Source: a virus (Duplodnaviria > Caudoviricetes). From it: 38,998 bases of DNA. This document shows, in pieces, positions 26,325 through 35,474 of this stretch; position 1 is the first letter of the stretch, and every line of letters begins with the position of its first letter. The position numbers were made by a program, and so were the translations under genes. The DNA is taken from positions 1 to 38,998 of the IMG/VR virus record IMGVR_UViG_3300020440_000034; one strand, written 5' to 3'. The notes beneath the pieces were generated by a model. That model searched no databases. It was not told where the DNA came from and saw only the letters and a program-made list of their open reading frames with translations.

Positions 26325-26558
26325 ATGGACGAGAGTCAGATTGTAGATGTATGGTTAGTATTTAAAGATACTATTGATAAGAAAAGTTTAGAGATTGTTG
26401 CTGAACGTTATGTAGATTGTTGTGCAGATTATGGTGCATCAGACGAAGCATTTACGGCTGCATTAGGCAGTGACAATATTCTTGATGATGCAATTTCTTA
26501 TTATTTAGATCTAGATATTGATCCCGATGACGACAATTTAGACGAATGGGATGAGTAA
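26325..26558 (+). CDS. Small acidic hypothetical protein
   Basis: GAGGAG RBS; TAATG coupling to uvsY; very acidic C-terminus. Confidence 0.75.
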   Translation: MDESQIVDVWLVFKDTIDKKSLEIVAERYVDCCADYGASDEAFTAALGSDNILDDAISYYLDLDIDPDDDNLDEWDE

Positions 26559-27013
26559 TGGGTTGGTATAGCGAAATTTCACGTGATGTATCTAAGATAC
26601 CAGACGCAGTAGCACATTTTGAAAGAGAGCTTATTGATGCTCGTGTTGAAGTAAAACTTAAAGGAAATGTTGAACGTGCAGCGGCAGAGATGCCCGGTAT
26701 TGTTGAGCACCGCTTTAATCAACTGCAAGAAATAGAAGCTATACTCCATTATTTAAATATTGAGCTACGTAGATTACGTAGTTCATATTTTAAAAAATAT
26801 CTTGAAAATTATCAACGAGCTCTGTCAAGCCGTGACGTTGAAAAATACGTAGACGGTGAGGCAGACGTTGTTGATTACGAAAAAATTATAAATGAGTTTG
26901 CACTAATGCGTAATAAGTGGCTAGGACTCTTAAAAGGACTTGACCAGAAGCAATGGCAGATAACTAATGTAGTAAAGCTAAGAGTTGCTGGGATGGAAGA
27001 TGCTACGTTATAA
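26558..27013 (+). CDS. uvsY: Recombination mediator UvsY
   Basis: Helical 151-aa protein after uvsX; DVEKYVDGEADV...KGLDQKQWQITNVVKLR. Confidence 0.82.
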   Translation: MGWYSEISRDVSKIPDAVAHFERELIDARVEVKLKGNVERAAAEMPGIVEHRFNQLQEIEAILHYLNIELRRLRSSYFKKYLENYQRALSSRDVEKYVDGEADVVDYEKIINEFALMRNKWLGLLKGLDQKQWQITNVVKLRVAGMEDATL

Positions 27014-27647
27014 TATTCTTATTGGATGTGATCAAAAATACTACGAAGATTGGGGCATAAATTTAATACGCAGTATCAAATATTTTAATCCTTGGATAAC
27101 CTGTCACGTACATATTGTAAATCCAACACATGTTGAAAAAGTAGACGGTGTTGAATATACCACTGAACAAAGAAAATTTAAAACTGATACAGATAAAATT
27201 GGTTATTTACAGTGTGTAAGATTTTTAAAAGTTGCTGAAAAATTTACTGATAAAGATTTAGTAATGACTCTTGATGCAGATACTATATGCACAAGAAAAG
27301 CTGATCCTATAAAATTTGAAGAAGCATGTAGCCAAAAAATAACAATGCTTAGACATTTAAAAGCAAAACATTGGCTTGCAGGACTAGTAACTTTTGGTGC
27401 ACCTGGCTTTAAACAAGAGTTAGCAGATAGTTTGCTTGCTAAGCCAATTGATGAATGGGCACCTTTTTGGGACCAAACAGTTATTGCTAATTTAAGTAGT
27501 AAATATACTTACCATGAACAACCTCCACGATATTACTGGATGAGTATAGGCAAAAATGGTAATCAGAGTGTTTTCTTAACCTTAAAAGGCAATCAAAAAA
27601 CTAAAGATAAGTATTTAGGTACATATAACAAATTTATAGTTAGATAA
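27000..27647 (+). CDS. Putative GT-A fold glycosyltransferase
   Basis: GCDQKYY, VRF, DxD motif TLDADT, LAG, WDQ. Start set at the ATG at 27000. Confidence 0.65.
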   Translation: MLRYNILIGCDQKYYEDWGINLIRSIKYFNPWITCHVHIVNPTHVEKVDGVEYTTEQRKFKTDTDKIGYLQCVRFLKVAEKFTDKDLVMTLDADTICTRKADPIKFEEACSQKITMLRHLKAKHWLAGLVTFGAPGFKQELADSLLAKPIDEWAPFWDQTVIANLSSKYTYHEQPPRYYWMSIGKNGNQSVFLTLKGNQKTKDKYLGTYNKFIVR

Positions 27648-27655
27648 GGAATATT

Positions 27656-28210
27656 ATGTTAGAAGAACACCTAGGCGGACACAACGGATTAACACATCTT
27701 GATGAAGGTGCGCTTGACTGGTTACAGAAATTAGGACACAAAAGTTTTTTAGACATTGGTTGTGGTCCCGGAGGCATGGTACAACTTGCTGAACAAAAGG
27801 GATTTGACAGCATTGGTATAGACGGAGACTATACCTTAGAAAGATACAAAACAAGTAGATTTATTATCCATGATTTTCAAAATGGTCCTGCTCCTGTTGA
27901 TAGAATATTTGATGTTGGTTGGAGTGTAGAGTTTGTAGAGCATGTTTACGAAAAATATATTCCTAATTATGCACAAGCTATGCAAAAATGTAAAAACTTA
28001 ATAATGACCCATGCTGTAGTAGGACAAACAGGGTATCATCATGTTAACTGTCAAAATGCACCATATTGGATAGACAAGATGAGCGAATATGGTTTTAAGT
28101 TAGATGAAGAAAAAACAAAGCAGTTACGTATTCATTCTACTATGGGTAAGAAAAAGAAACACCGTTTCTTAGAAAAGACCGGAATGTATTTTGTAAATGA
28201 AAAAATCTGA
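27656..28210 (+). CDS. Class I SAM-dependent methyltransferase
   Basis: FLDIGCGPG, GIDG, SVEFVEHV, GYHHVNCQ...YW. Confidence 0.9.
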   Translation: MLEEHLGGHNGLTHLDEGALDWLQKLGHKSFLDIGCGPGGMVQLAEQKGFDSIGIDGDYTLERYKTSRFIIHDFQNGPAPVDRIFDVGWSVEFVEHVYEKYIPNYAQAMQKCKNLIMTHAVVGQTGYHHVNCQNAPYWIDKMSEYGFKLDEEKTKQLRIHSTMGKKKKHRFLEKTGMYFVNEKI

Positions 28211-29147
28211 ACCGTTAATTGTTGCAATAAAACCAGCATATAGAAATCATCCTGTATTAGGTGGAGATAATGTTGTAGTAGCCGAATGGGAAGATAAAGA
28301 CCTTATAAATAAAGCAGATATATTTTTACAAAGTAATATACTAGAACAGAAACGCCAAAAAAAATTAGGACACATATATAATTATATACGGTACAGTGGT
28401 AAACCATATATTTGTGCTGAGTCTGCTGTGTTTAGAAGAAATATGCCTAACTATCCTGCTCCGCAAGCGTATCATAGATTTGCTTGGTGGAGTTATTTTC
28501 AAGACGAAGGTGAATACAATGTACAAAATTGTCCGTCTGACAGATGGGAACGTGTTAAGCGAGAACAAAACATAGCAGTCAAAGATTGGCATAATCCTGG
28601 AGATGCAATACTAGTTGTATTACAACGTCCGGGTGATAGTAGTCTAAAAAACTTACTTAAAAAACATGGCACATATGATGCTTTTCTAGCACATACATTG
28701 ACTGAAATACGTAAAAATACAGATAGAAAAATTATTGTTAGATTACATCCTGCAAGAGTAGATAAACAAATGGAAATTATAAACAGGTGTAGTATTGCCA
28801 ACTTTGAAATAAGTCGTAATAATGCAGGGGCAGGACTGCTTAACGGTGGCGACGGTTTATACCAAGATTTTAAAAAAGCATGGGCAGTTGTAGGATTTAA
28901 CACTAATGCACTTACTGAAAGTGTTTGTGAAGGAATACCTACATTTAGTCTATGTTCAAGCTCAATGGCTTGGTCAGTAAGTAACAAAAGTTTAGATAGA
29001 TTAGAAAATCCACAAACATTTGAACGCTCGCAATGGCTGAATAATTTAGCATATTGTCAATGGAACACCGATGAAATAGCACAAGGACTTCCTTGGCAAC
29101 AATTAAAATCATTATATCCAAATAAATTAATCAATCCTTACTGTTAG
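28197..29147 (+). CDS. KpsS/KpsC-like (capsule synthesis) glycosyltransferase, paralogue 1
   Basis: LQRPGDS (QxxxD), VRLHP, FNTNALTES..EGIP, WL..LAYCQW..DEI..G. Confidence 0.65.
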   Translation: MKKSEPLIVAIKPAYRNHPVLGGDNVVVAEWEDKDLINKADIFLQSNILEQKRQKKLGHIYNYIRYSGKPYICAESAVFRRNMPNYPAPQAYHRFAWWSYFQDEGEYNVQNCPSDRWERVKREQNIAVKDWHNPGDAILVVLQRPGDSSLKNLLKKHGTYDAFLAHTLTEIRKNTDRKIIVRLHPARVDKQMEIINRCSIANFEISRNNAGAGLLNGGDGLYQDFKKAWAVVGFNTNALTESVCEGIPTFSLCSSSMAWSVSNKSLDRLENPQTFERSQWLNNLAYCQWNTDEIAQGLPWQQLKSLYPNKLINPYC

Positions 29148-29160
29148 TATAAACTGCGTA

Positions 29161-29168
29161 TATAAATA
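29161..29168 (+). promoter_or_regulatory. Late promoter (TATAAATA)
   Basis: Exact consensus 5 nt before the ATG at 29174. Confidence 0.75.
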
Positions 29169-29173
29169 TGTGT

Positions 29174-29950
29174 ATGGATATTGTATTAGTAACAGGTGGA
29201 TTTGATCCACTACATAGAGGACACATAGAGTACTTTAAAGAAGCACGTAAATTAGGTTCAAAGCTGATTGTTGGTTTGAACAGCGATGATTGGCTTACCC
29301 GTAAAAAGGGCAGACCGTTTATGAAGTTTGAAGATCGTGCCGCAATCATAAAAGAATTAAGTATTGTTAGCGATGTTATTAGTTTTGACGATTCTGACGA
29401 CAGTGCATGTGGAGCAATTTATAAAACACTAGCAACACACGGTAGTGGTACAACAGTTGTTTTTGCTAATGGCGGTGATAGGACAAATACATCTACTCCC
29501 GAATATAAGACATACGGAGACATGCCTTATGTAAGATTTGAGTTTGGTGTAGGTGGAACTGATAAAATAAACAGTTCTAGTTGGATATTAGATGAATGGA
29601 AAGCTCCTAAAACAGAACGCAGTTGGGGATATTATAGAGTGCTACATGAGTACGAAAATCATACAAAGGTAAAAGAACTTGCAGTTCCGTCAGGACATAA
29701 ACTATCAATGCAACGACATAAGGAACGATCAGAACATTGGTTTGTTGCAGAAGGTACGGCAACAGTTTACACAATTAATGTAAGTTCTGATTACGAACTT
29801 GTAGGAAGATATAAGCAACACCAAAGTTTGCATATACCAGTGGGAACTTGGCATCAACTTGCAAACGAAGACAGAATACCTTTAAAATTAGTAGAAATAC
29901 AGTATGGCGCCAATTGTGTGGAGGAAGATATTGAAAGACACCCTAATTAA
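29174..29950 (+). CDS. Cytidylyltransferase-family (HxGH) domain fused to mannose-6-phosphate isomerase-type cupin
   Basis: VTGGFDPLHRGH, GLNSD, KKGRP, ANGGDR, NSSS; then RSWGYYRVL, LSMQRHKERSEHW, VEIQYG...EEDIER. Confidence 0.9.
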   Translation: MDIVLVTGGFDPLHRGHIEYFKEARKLGSKLIVGLNSDDWLTRKKGRPFMKFEDRAAIIKELSIVSDVISFDDSDDSACGAIYKTLATHGSGTTVVFANGGDRTNTSTPEYKTYGDMPYVRFEFGVGGTDKINSSSWILDEWKAPKTERSWGYYRVLHEYENHTKVKELAVPSGHKLSMQRHKERSEHWFVAEGTATVYTINVSSDYELVGRYKQHQSLHIPVGTWHQLANEDRIPLKLVEIQYGANCVEEDIERHPN

Positions 29951-31646
29951 AATATTTGTAGGCTGGGATAGCCGAGAAGACCTAGCATTTCAAGTATGTA
30001 AACAAAGTATACTTGATAGAGCCAAATTTCCAAATAGTATAGAAATAATTCCTATTAAAATGCAAGAGATGCGTGATAGAGGTTTGTACTGGAGAGACGA
30101 AGATAAATTAGCATCTACTGAATTTACTTTTACACGTTTCTTAGTACCAGAGCTTTGTAACTTCAAAGGCTGGGCAATGTTTTGTGATTGCGATTTTTTG
30201 TTTAAAAGAGATGTAAGAAACTTGTGGAAAATTATAGAAGAAAATTTAGATAAAAATTATGCTATGATGTGTGTGCAGCACGATTATACTCCTACATCCG
30301 CAACAAAAATGGACGGCAAAGAACAAACTGTGTATCCAAGAAAGAATTGGTCAAGCATGATGTTATTCAATTGTGAACATCCAAAAAATAGAAAACTTAC
30401 CAAAGAATTTATTAATAATCCTGATATAGACGGAAAATTTTTACATAGATTTAGTTGGTTAGAAGATCAAGATATCGGACGTCTTAGCCATGAATGGAAT
30501 TGGTTAGTAGGTGTTTACAAAGAAGATGGCAAAAATTTTCCAGCCGCATTACATTACACAGATGGAGGACCTTGGTTTAAAGATTATAAGACCTGTGAAT
30601 ATTCAGGAGACTGGTACGTAGCCGAAAAAAGTTATCTAGCACAAAGACAAGCAAATGCAAAGCGTAAATTAACACCTGATACTTGGAAGGTGAATGACGA
30701 AAAACAAGAAATTTTAAAATCGGTATTGAATTATCTAGTTGATCCACAAGCTAAGTATTACGAAGGCAATACCTGGGAATCAATTACAGAGAGAGTAAAC
30801 AAGCATATGGGAAAAATAGTAGCAATTGATACAAGCGAAGTAAACTTTGAAAGAAAAGGACACAAATACGATCCTATTTTAGAAAATTTTGCAATGGGTA
30901 GTAACGGTATTGTTAGTTCATATCAAGACCATTTAGATGACGACACTGCTCTTGTAATAAGAGGAGTAGGCGGCGGCAGTAGAAAAGCTATTGCTAAATG
31001 CAGAGAGTCAAAACGAACATTTTATACTGTAGATACCGGTTACTTTGGAAACGTTAAGAATAAATGGCTCCATAGAGTAACAAAGAATGATATGCAAAAC
31101 TGTGGACCTATTATTGAAAGACCGATGGATAGAGCGAAAGCACACGGATACAGATATAGAAAACTCTCGTTAGGTACAAAGATTTTAGTATGTCCTCCTA
31201 GTTTAAAAGCAATGAGGGTATTTGGACAGCCTGATCCTGAAACATGGGTGAAGCAAGTTGTGGCTGAAATAAAAAAATATTCGAGTCGCCCTATAGAAAT
31301 TAGGTTAAAGCCTAACAGAACAGAACGTGTTACTGACAAAACTATGCAAGCGGCACTAGCCGATGATGTGCATTGTTTAGTTACATACAACAGTATTGCT
31401 GCTGTAGAAGCACTTATGGAAGGCAAACCGGCAGTAGTACTAGGGCCAAATGCCGCATATAATATATGCGAAAATGATCTAAGAAATGTAGATAATCCAA
31501 AAATGCCTGATAGAGAAACTACTGATGCTTTTTTTGCACATCTTGCATATTGCCAATTTGATGTACATGAACTACGAAACGGATATGCATGGAGAACTGT
31601 AAATGAAAGTAGTGAGCTACCACAGTGGAATCCCACCAAAAAATAA
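29931..31646 (+). CDS. Bifunctional glycosyltransferase: GT-A (GT8-like) domain plus KpsS-like domain (paralogue 2)
   Basis: IFVGWDSRE, STEFTFTRFLVP, FCDCDFL, YPRKNWSS, HYTDGGPW; then DTGYF, IRLKP, YNSIAAVEA..EGKP, LAYCQF..ELRNG. TTG start after GGAGG. Confidence 0.8.
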   Translation: MKDTLIKIFVGWDSREDLAFQVCKQSILDRAKFPNSIEIIPIKMQEMRDRGLYWRDEDKLASTEFTFTRFLVPELCNFKGWAMFCDCDFLFKRDVRNLWKIIEENLDKNYAMMCVQHDYTPTSATKMDGKEQTVYPRKNWSSMMLFNCEHPKNRKLTKEFINNPDIDGKFLHRFSWLEDQDIGRLSHEWNWLVGVYKEDGKNFPAALHYTDGGPWFKDYKTCEYSGDWYVAEKSYLAQRQANAKRKLTPDTWKVNDEKQEILKSVLNYLVDPQAKYYEGNTWESITERVNKHMGKIVAIDTSEVNFERKGHKYDPILENFAMGSNGIVSSYQDHLDDDTALVIRGVGGGSRKAIAKCRESKRTFYTVDTGYFGNVKNKWLHRVTKNDMQNCGPIIERPMDRAKAHGYRYRKLSLGTKILVCPPSLKAMRVFGQPDPETWVKQVVAEIKKYSSRPIEIRLKPNRTERVTDKTMQAALADDVHCLVTYNSIAAVEALMEGKPAVVLGPNAAYNICENDLRNVDNPKMPDRETTDAFFAHLAYCQFDVHELRNGYAWRTVNESSELPQWNPTKK

Positions 31647-32529
31647 TAGTCCTGAAAAACCTTTAATACTGTCAAACTTTATTCAAGGAGTTTTAAGGTC
31701 TGGGGATACCGGAATAAATCATTATAAACCTACACTTCAAGATTGTGACCTTGCAGTTTTACAAGGGTTTGTGCATGAGAATAGTAAAAATACTCCTCAT
31801 CTATTGTTTAGAAAACAAGTATTAGATAGACAAAGATTAAATAATGCACATACTATAGTAGTAGATAGTAACCTATTTTTATTCCAAACTGGCAAAAGGA
31901 ATACGCCAGGAAACTATCTAAGATATAGTTTAGATGGAGTATTTAGAAATAATGGTTTCTATTTTGACAAAGATATTGATCCTAACAGATGGCAACTAAT
32001 TAAAGATAATTTAGGATTACAGATTAAACCTTATAGTAATAGAGGTGAACATATATTGTTGTGCCTACAACGTAATGGTGGCTGGAGCATGGGAGGACAA
32101 GATGTTATTCAATTTGCACACAAAACTATTCGTCAAATAAAACAAATTACATCTCGAAAAATCATACTACGCCCACATCCCGGTGACAGAAAGACTATGG
32201 TAAGATTACAAAACGAAATTAAGTATGCTAATGTTGAACTGTCATCAAATCCTGATATTAGAGTTGATCTAGCAAATAGTTGGGCTACTGTGGTATTTAA
32301 CAGTAGTCCGGGTGTTGCTAGTTTAATAAACGGCGTTCCTGTTTTTCAAATGGATGTGCGACTTGATTATAGTATGTATGGAGAAGTAGCAAACAATGAC
32401 ATTACAACGTTAGAAGATCCAATACTGCATGATAGACAGGATTGGCTAGAACGTATTAGTATGTGCCATTGGAGTTTTGATGAATTAAAAGATGGGACTG
32501 CTTGGAAATTCATGCGTAACTATATTTAA
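31603..32529 (+). CDS. KpsS/KpsC-like glycosyltransferase, paralogue 3
   Basis: LLCLQR, LRPHPGD, FNSSPGVAS..NGVP, RQDWL.RISMCHW..DEL..G. Confidence 0.65.
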   Translation: MKVVSYHSGIPPKNNSPEKPLILSNFIQGVLRSGDTGINHYKPTLQDCDLAVLQGFVHENSKNTPHLLFRKQVLDRQRLNNAHTIVVDSNLFLFQTGKRNTPGNYLRYSLDGVFRNNGFYFDKDIDPNRWQLIKDNLGLQIKPYSNRGEHILLCLQRNGGWSMGGQDVIQFAHKTIRQIKQITSRKIILRPHPGDRKTMVRLQNEIKYANVELSSNPDIRVDLANSWATVVFNSSPGVASLINGVPVFQMDVRLDYSMYGEVANNDITTLEDPILHDRQDWLERISMCHWSFDELKDGTAWKFMRNYI

Positions 32530-33371
32530 GACTTCCAATAATCTTCTGTCCTAGTAACCATCATATCAACTTTACGAGAACGTCCTTCTTGCTTACGAAC
32601 ACCTTTCATATGGTCAATCCATTTACCTAGCACACCATTTATAAGTGGATGGCCGCCACCGCCTGACTTAGCTTCACGTAGATACATTTCAGCACTATAG
32701 TCAAACGCACTAGGATCTTGTTGCTTCATGCCGTTTAGTATGTTACCAAATACAAAACTGTCGTGCCATTCAGCTAATTTAAAAATACCATTGTCTGCAT
32801 CTTCGTATACACGTTCAAACTCTGCTAAAAATTTCTTACAAGTTTCGTTATGTAAGTTCATTCCGTAAAATCCGCACTCAGGCCAAGTTTGTGAACCTTT
32901 GCCTCTACCCACATAAGTTATCCAAGCATCTTCAGGTAATTGTGCCTTGAAGTCATTATACGACCAATCACTATGTACATATGTATCTGCATCCATCCAT
33001 ACACACCAGTCCTTAGAGCGTTCACAGGCGTCATATACAGCATATGTTTTATTAGCGAAGCGTACAGCATCCCACTTAAACTTCTTTTGCCAATCTTTAC
33101 GTCCATGGCGTGCAGGATGATTAGTTATGTCTCCATTTGCATGTGGCACATTTCCCCATTTTTGTTTGAATGCATTTAGTTTTGGCAGTGCTTCAAACGA
33201 ATCAAATATTTTTATTTGTTCCGGATCAGGATTTTTTGGATTACAATTTTCTGCATATACAAGTAGTGTAATTTTTTTGTCTACTCTTTGTGCAAATGAA
33301 TCTAAAAAACGTTGCCCGTATGTTTCTAAGCCTGGCTGATGAAATGTTGTAACCACAGTTATGTCTGACAT
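32526..33371 (-). CDS. GT-A fold glycosyltransferase
   Basis: VVTTF, WDAVRFANK, DxD motif WMDADT, ECGF, EWHDSFVF, DHMKG.RK. Confidence 0.7.
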   Translation of the reverse strand: MSDITVVTTFHQPGLETYGQRFLDSFAQRVDKKITLLVYAENCNPKNPDPEQIKIFDSFEALPKLNAFKQKWGNVPHANGDITNHPARHGRKDWQKKFKWDAVRFANKTYAVYDACERSKDWCVWMDADTYVHSDWSYNDFKAQLPEDAWITYVGRGKGSQTWPECGFYGMNLHNETCKKFLAEFERVYEDADNGIFKLAEWHDSFVFGNILNGMKQQDPSAFDYSAEMYLREAKSGGGGHPLINGVLGKWIDHMKGVRKQEGRSRKVDMMVTRTEDYWKS

Positions 33372-33382
33372 TCTTATTCCTT

Positions 33383-33407
33383 TGTAAATAGTATATAGGT
33401 ATTTACT
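33383..33407. promoter_or_regulatory. Face-to-face late promoters for divergent genes
   Basis: TGTAAATA (+, 33383-33390) and AGTAAATA (-, 33400-33407) in a 37-bp gap. Confidence 0.65.
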
Positions 33408-33408
33408 A

Positions 33409-34251
33409 ATGAAATTTAATTTATGGAGACAATATGGCGCACTTAATTCTGGCCCTGTTTTTGACGCCTTTCACACTGGCGCTAATGCTCTTGGGCATAC
33501 TTGTGTCGATAATGGTGCTGATGGGATCGATGTTATTTGGAGCGTATTGTGGAACGGTCGCATGGCTGGAAACCGTACTATCTGGGAACGCAACGTGGCA
33601 CAATCCAAACCGACCATCGTACTCGAAGTCGGAGGAATCAAAAGAGGAACAACATGGAAAGTAGGTTTAAATGGTATCAACCGTGATGGGGATTATATTC
33701 CTAGTGGCAATAATAACGATCGTGCTAGGCTTTTGGGATTAGAATTACAACCTTGGCGTTACAACGGCGAGTATATATTGTTGTGTGGGCAACATGATAA
33801 GAGTTTACAGTGGGCTAATATGCCTTCAATGTCTAATTGGGTACATGACACAATTACATTCATAAGAGCGCAAACGAAACGCCCAATACTATTTAGGCCA
33901 CATCCTAGGTGTCCGTTACCTGCTATTGAGCATGAATTTAAAAACGTATATAGACAAAGTCCTATAAAGATAACAGGATCATATGACGACTTTGATATGA
34001 AGTTTGATAACATATGGGCTACAGTTAGTTGGTCAAGTAATCCAGGTATCCATAGTGTAATATATGGTGTGCCTGCATTTACAGGGCCTAGCAGTCTAGC
34101 ATATGATGTTGCTGAACAAAATTTACGTAACATTGAAAATCCTTTATACGGTGATAGAACACAATGGCTTAATGACTATGCACACACTGAATGGACAGTT
34201 GAAGAAATTTCTAAAGGAATTCCTATTAAACACTTGACTTCTAAGATATAA
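33409..34251 (+). CDS. KpsS/KpsC-like glycosyltransferase, paralogue 4
   Basis: LEVG, LLCGQH, FRPHPR, WSSNPGIHS..YGVP, RTQWL.DYAHTEW..EEI..G. Confidence 0.65.
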   Translation: MKFNLWRQYGALNSGPVFDAFHTGANALGHTCVDNGADGIDVIWSVLWNGRMAGNRTIWERNVAQSKPTIVLEVGGIKRGTTWKVGLNGINRDGDYIPSGNNNDRARLLGLELQPWRYNGEYILLCGQHDKSLQWANMPSMSNWVHDTITFIRAQTKRPILFRPHPRCPLPAIEHEFKNVYRQSPIKITGSYDDFDMKFDNIWATVSWSSNPGIHSVIYGVPAFTGPSSLAYDVAEQNLRNIENPLYGDRTQWLNDYAHTEWTVEEISKGIPIKHLTSKI

Positions 34252-34262
34252 TCATATATAAT
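34234..34262 (+). promoter_or_regulatory. Sigma70-type promoter
   Basis: TTGACT-N17-TATAAT ending 6 nt before the ATG at 34269 (leaderless). Confidence 0.8.
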
Positions 34263-34268
34263 AGTATT

Positions 34269-35474
34269 ATGATTTACACAATAGAAGACTACATTGAAAT
34301 ACTTTCTGGTGTTGTTACACATGATGATCAAGTTCTTGATTTCAAGATAAACAGTAGCGATCAATCTTTAATTTTCAGTTTGGCGAAACAATGTATTAGA
34401 GGCACAGCCCTTACAGACAGGCAGTTTGAATTAGCAAAACAAAAGATTATTGAATACAAAGATCAATTTTACAAAAAGGGTTTTGACGAATTAACAATAG
34501 AAAATTTAAGGCAACCACTTCGCGAAATTGATAGATCTAAATGGATTAAGAATAACGAAACTCATATTTCTATAAGATTCCCGTTTACAAAAAAGATGAT
34601 CAAGTATATTGAATTTTTACAAAACATAGGAGATCAAAGACTATATGATAAAAAGAATAAGGTCCATTATGTAGAATTAAATGAAACAAACATCTATAAT
34701 GTAATTGATAAATTTAAAAATGCTAATTTTGATATAGATAATAACCTTAAGATAATTTATGAAAATATACTGCACATGAAAAATAAAAAAGAAGAATTTG
34801 CTCCAGGTATTTTTAGTTTTAAACTAAAGAATTTGCATACTAAGGCAATAGACTATGCTCTGTCCTCGATTGGAGAACCGGACATAGAAAACCTAGCAAG
34901 GTATAAAGATAAACAAGAAACATTGGGCATCGTTCACTTTGATGACGAAGATCTAATACAAAGCATTAATGGTGTACAACCATTAACACGTAGGATTGTA
35001 TATCGTAAACAAAGGCAAGTTTTTATAGATAACAAAGAATTTACAATTGATAATTTAGTTGAATCTTTATTAGAACTACATAGACTTCCTGTGTTAGTAA
35101 TGTTGCCTGACAATGATAATAGTTTAGAATTAATGCATCAAGTCCAAAGTAGTTTTAAAAATATTATATCAAACGATAGTGTGACTAATCTATTTAGAAA
35201 AGATAATACAACTGCTGAAAATAAAGAATATAACGCATATATAAAAGAAAACAAATTAAATAATTCTCTTGCATTTGATACAAAAATAGTGTATACTAGT
35301 AACAATAAGATCCCAAAGCCGTTGTCAGTAACTGACTGGATACCATCTGTTGCTATAATTCTTGAAAGTAAGAGATTACAAGGAACAGTAGAAAGTTACC
35401 TTAATGACTTAGATTTAGTTATCCACTATGATGACGTGTCAACGCCCTGGGCAAACTATGTAGAGAACATATGA
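34269..35474 (+). CDS. Hypothetical protein upstream of uvsW
   Basis: 401-aa ORF with an ATGA overlap to the helicase; ALTDRQ and IRFPF motifs; no family recognised. Confidence 0.75.
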   Translation: MIYTIEDYIEILSGVVTHDDQVLDFKINSSDQSLIFSLAKQCIRGTALTDRQFELAKQKIIEYKDQFYKKGFDELTIENLRQPLREIDRSKWIKNNETHISIRFPFTKKMIKYIEFLQNIGDQRLYDKKNKVHYVELNETNIYNVIDKFKNANFDIDNNLKIIYENILHMKNKKEEFAPGIFSFKLKNLHTKAIDYALSSIGEPDIENLARYKDKQETLGIVHFDDEDLIQSINGVQPLTRRIVYRKQRQVFIDNKEFTIDNLVESLLELHRLPVLVMLPDNDNSLELMHQVQSSFKNIISNDSVTNLFRKDNTTAENKEYNAYIKENKLNNSLAFDTKIVYTSNNKIPKPLSVTDWIPSVAIILESKRLQGTVESYLNDLDLVIHYDDVSTPWANYVENI

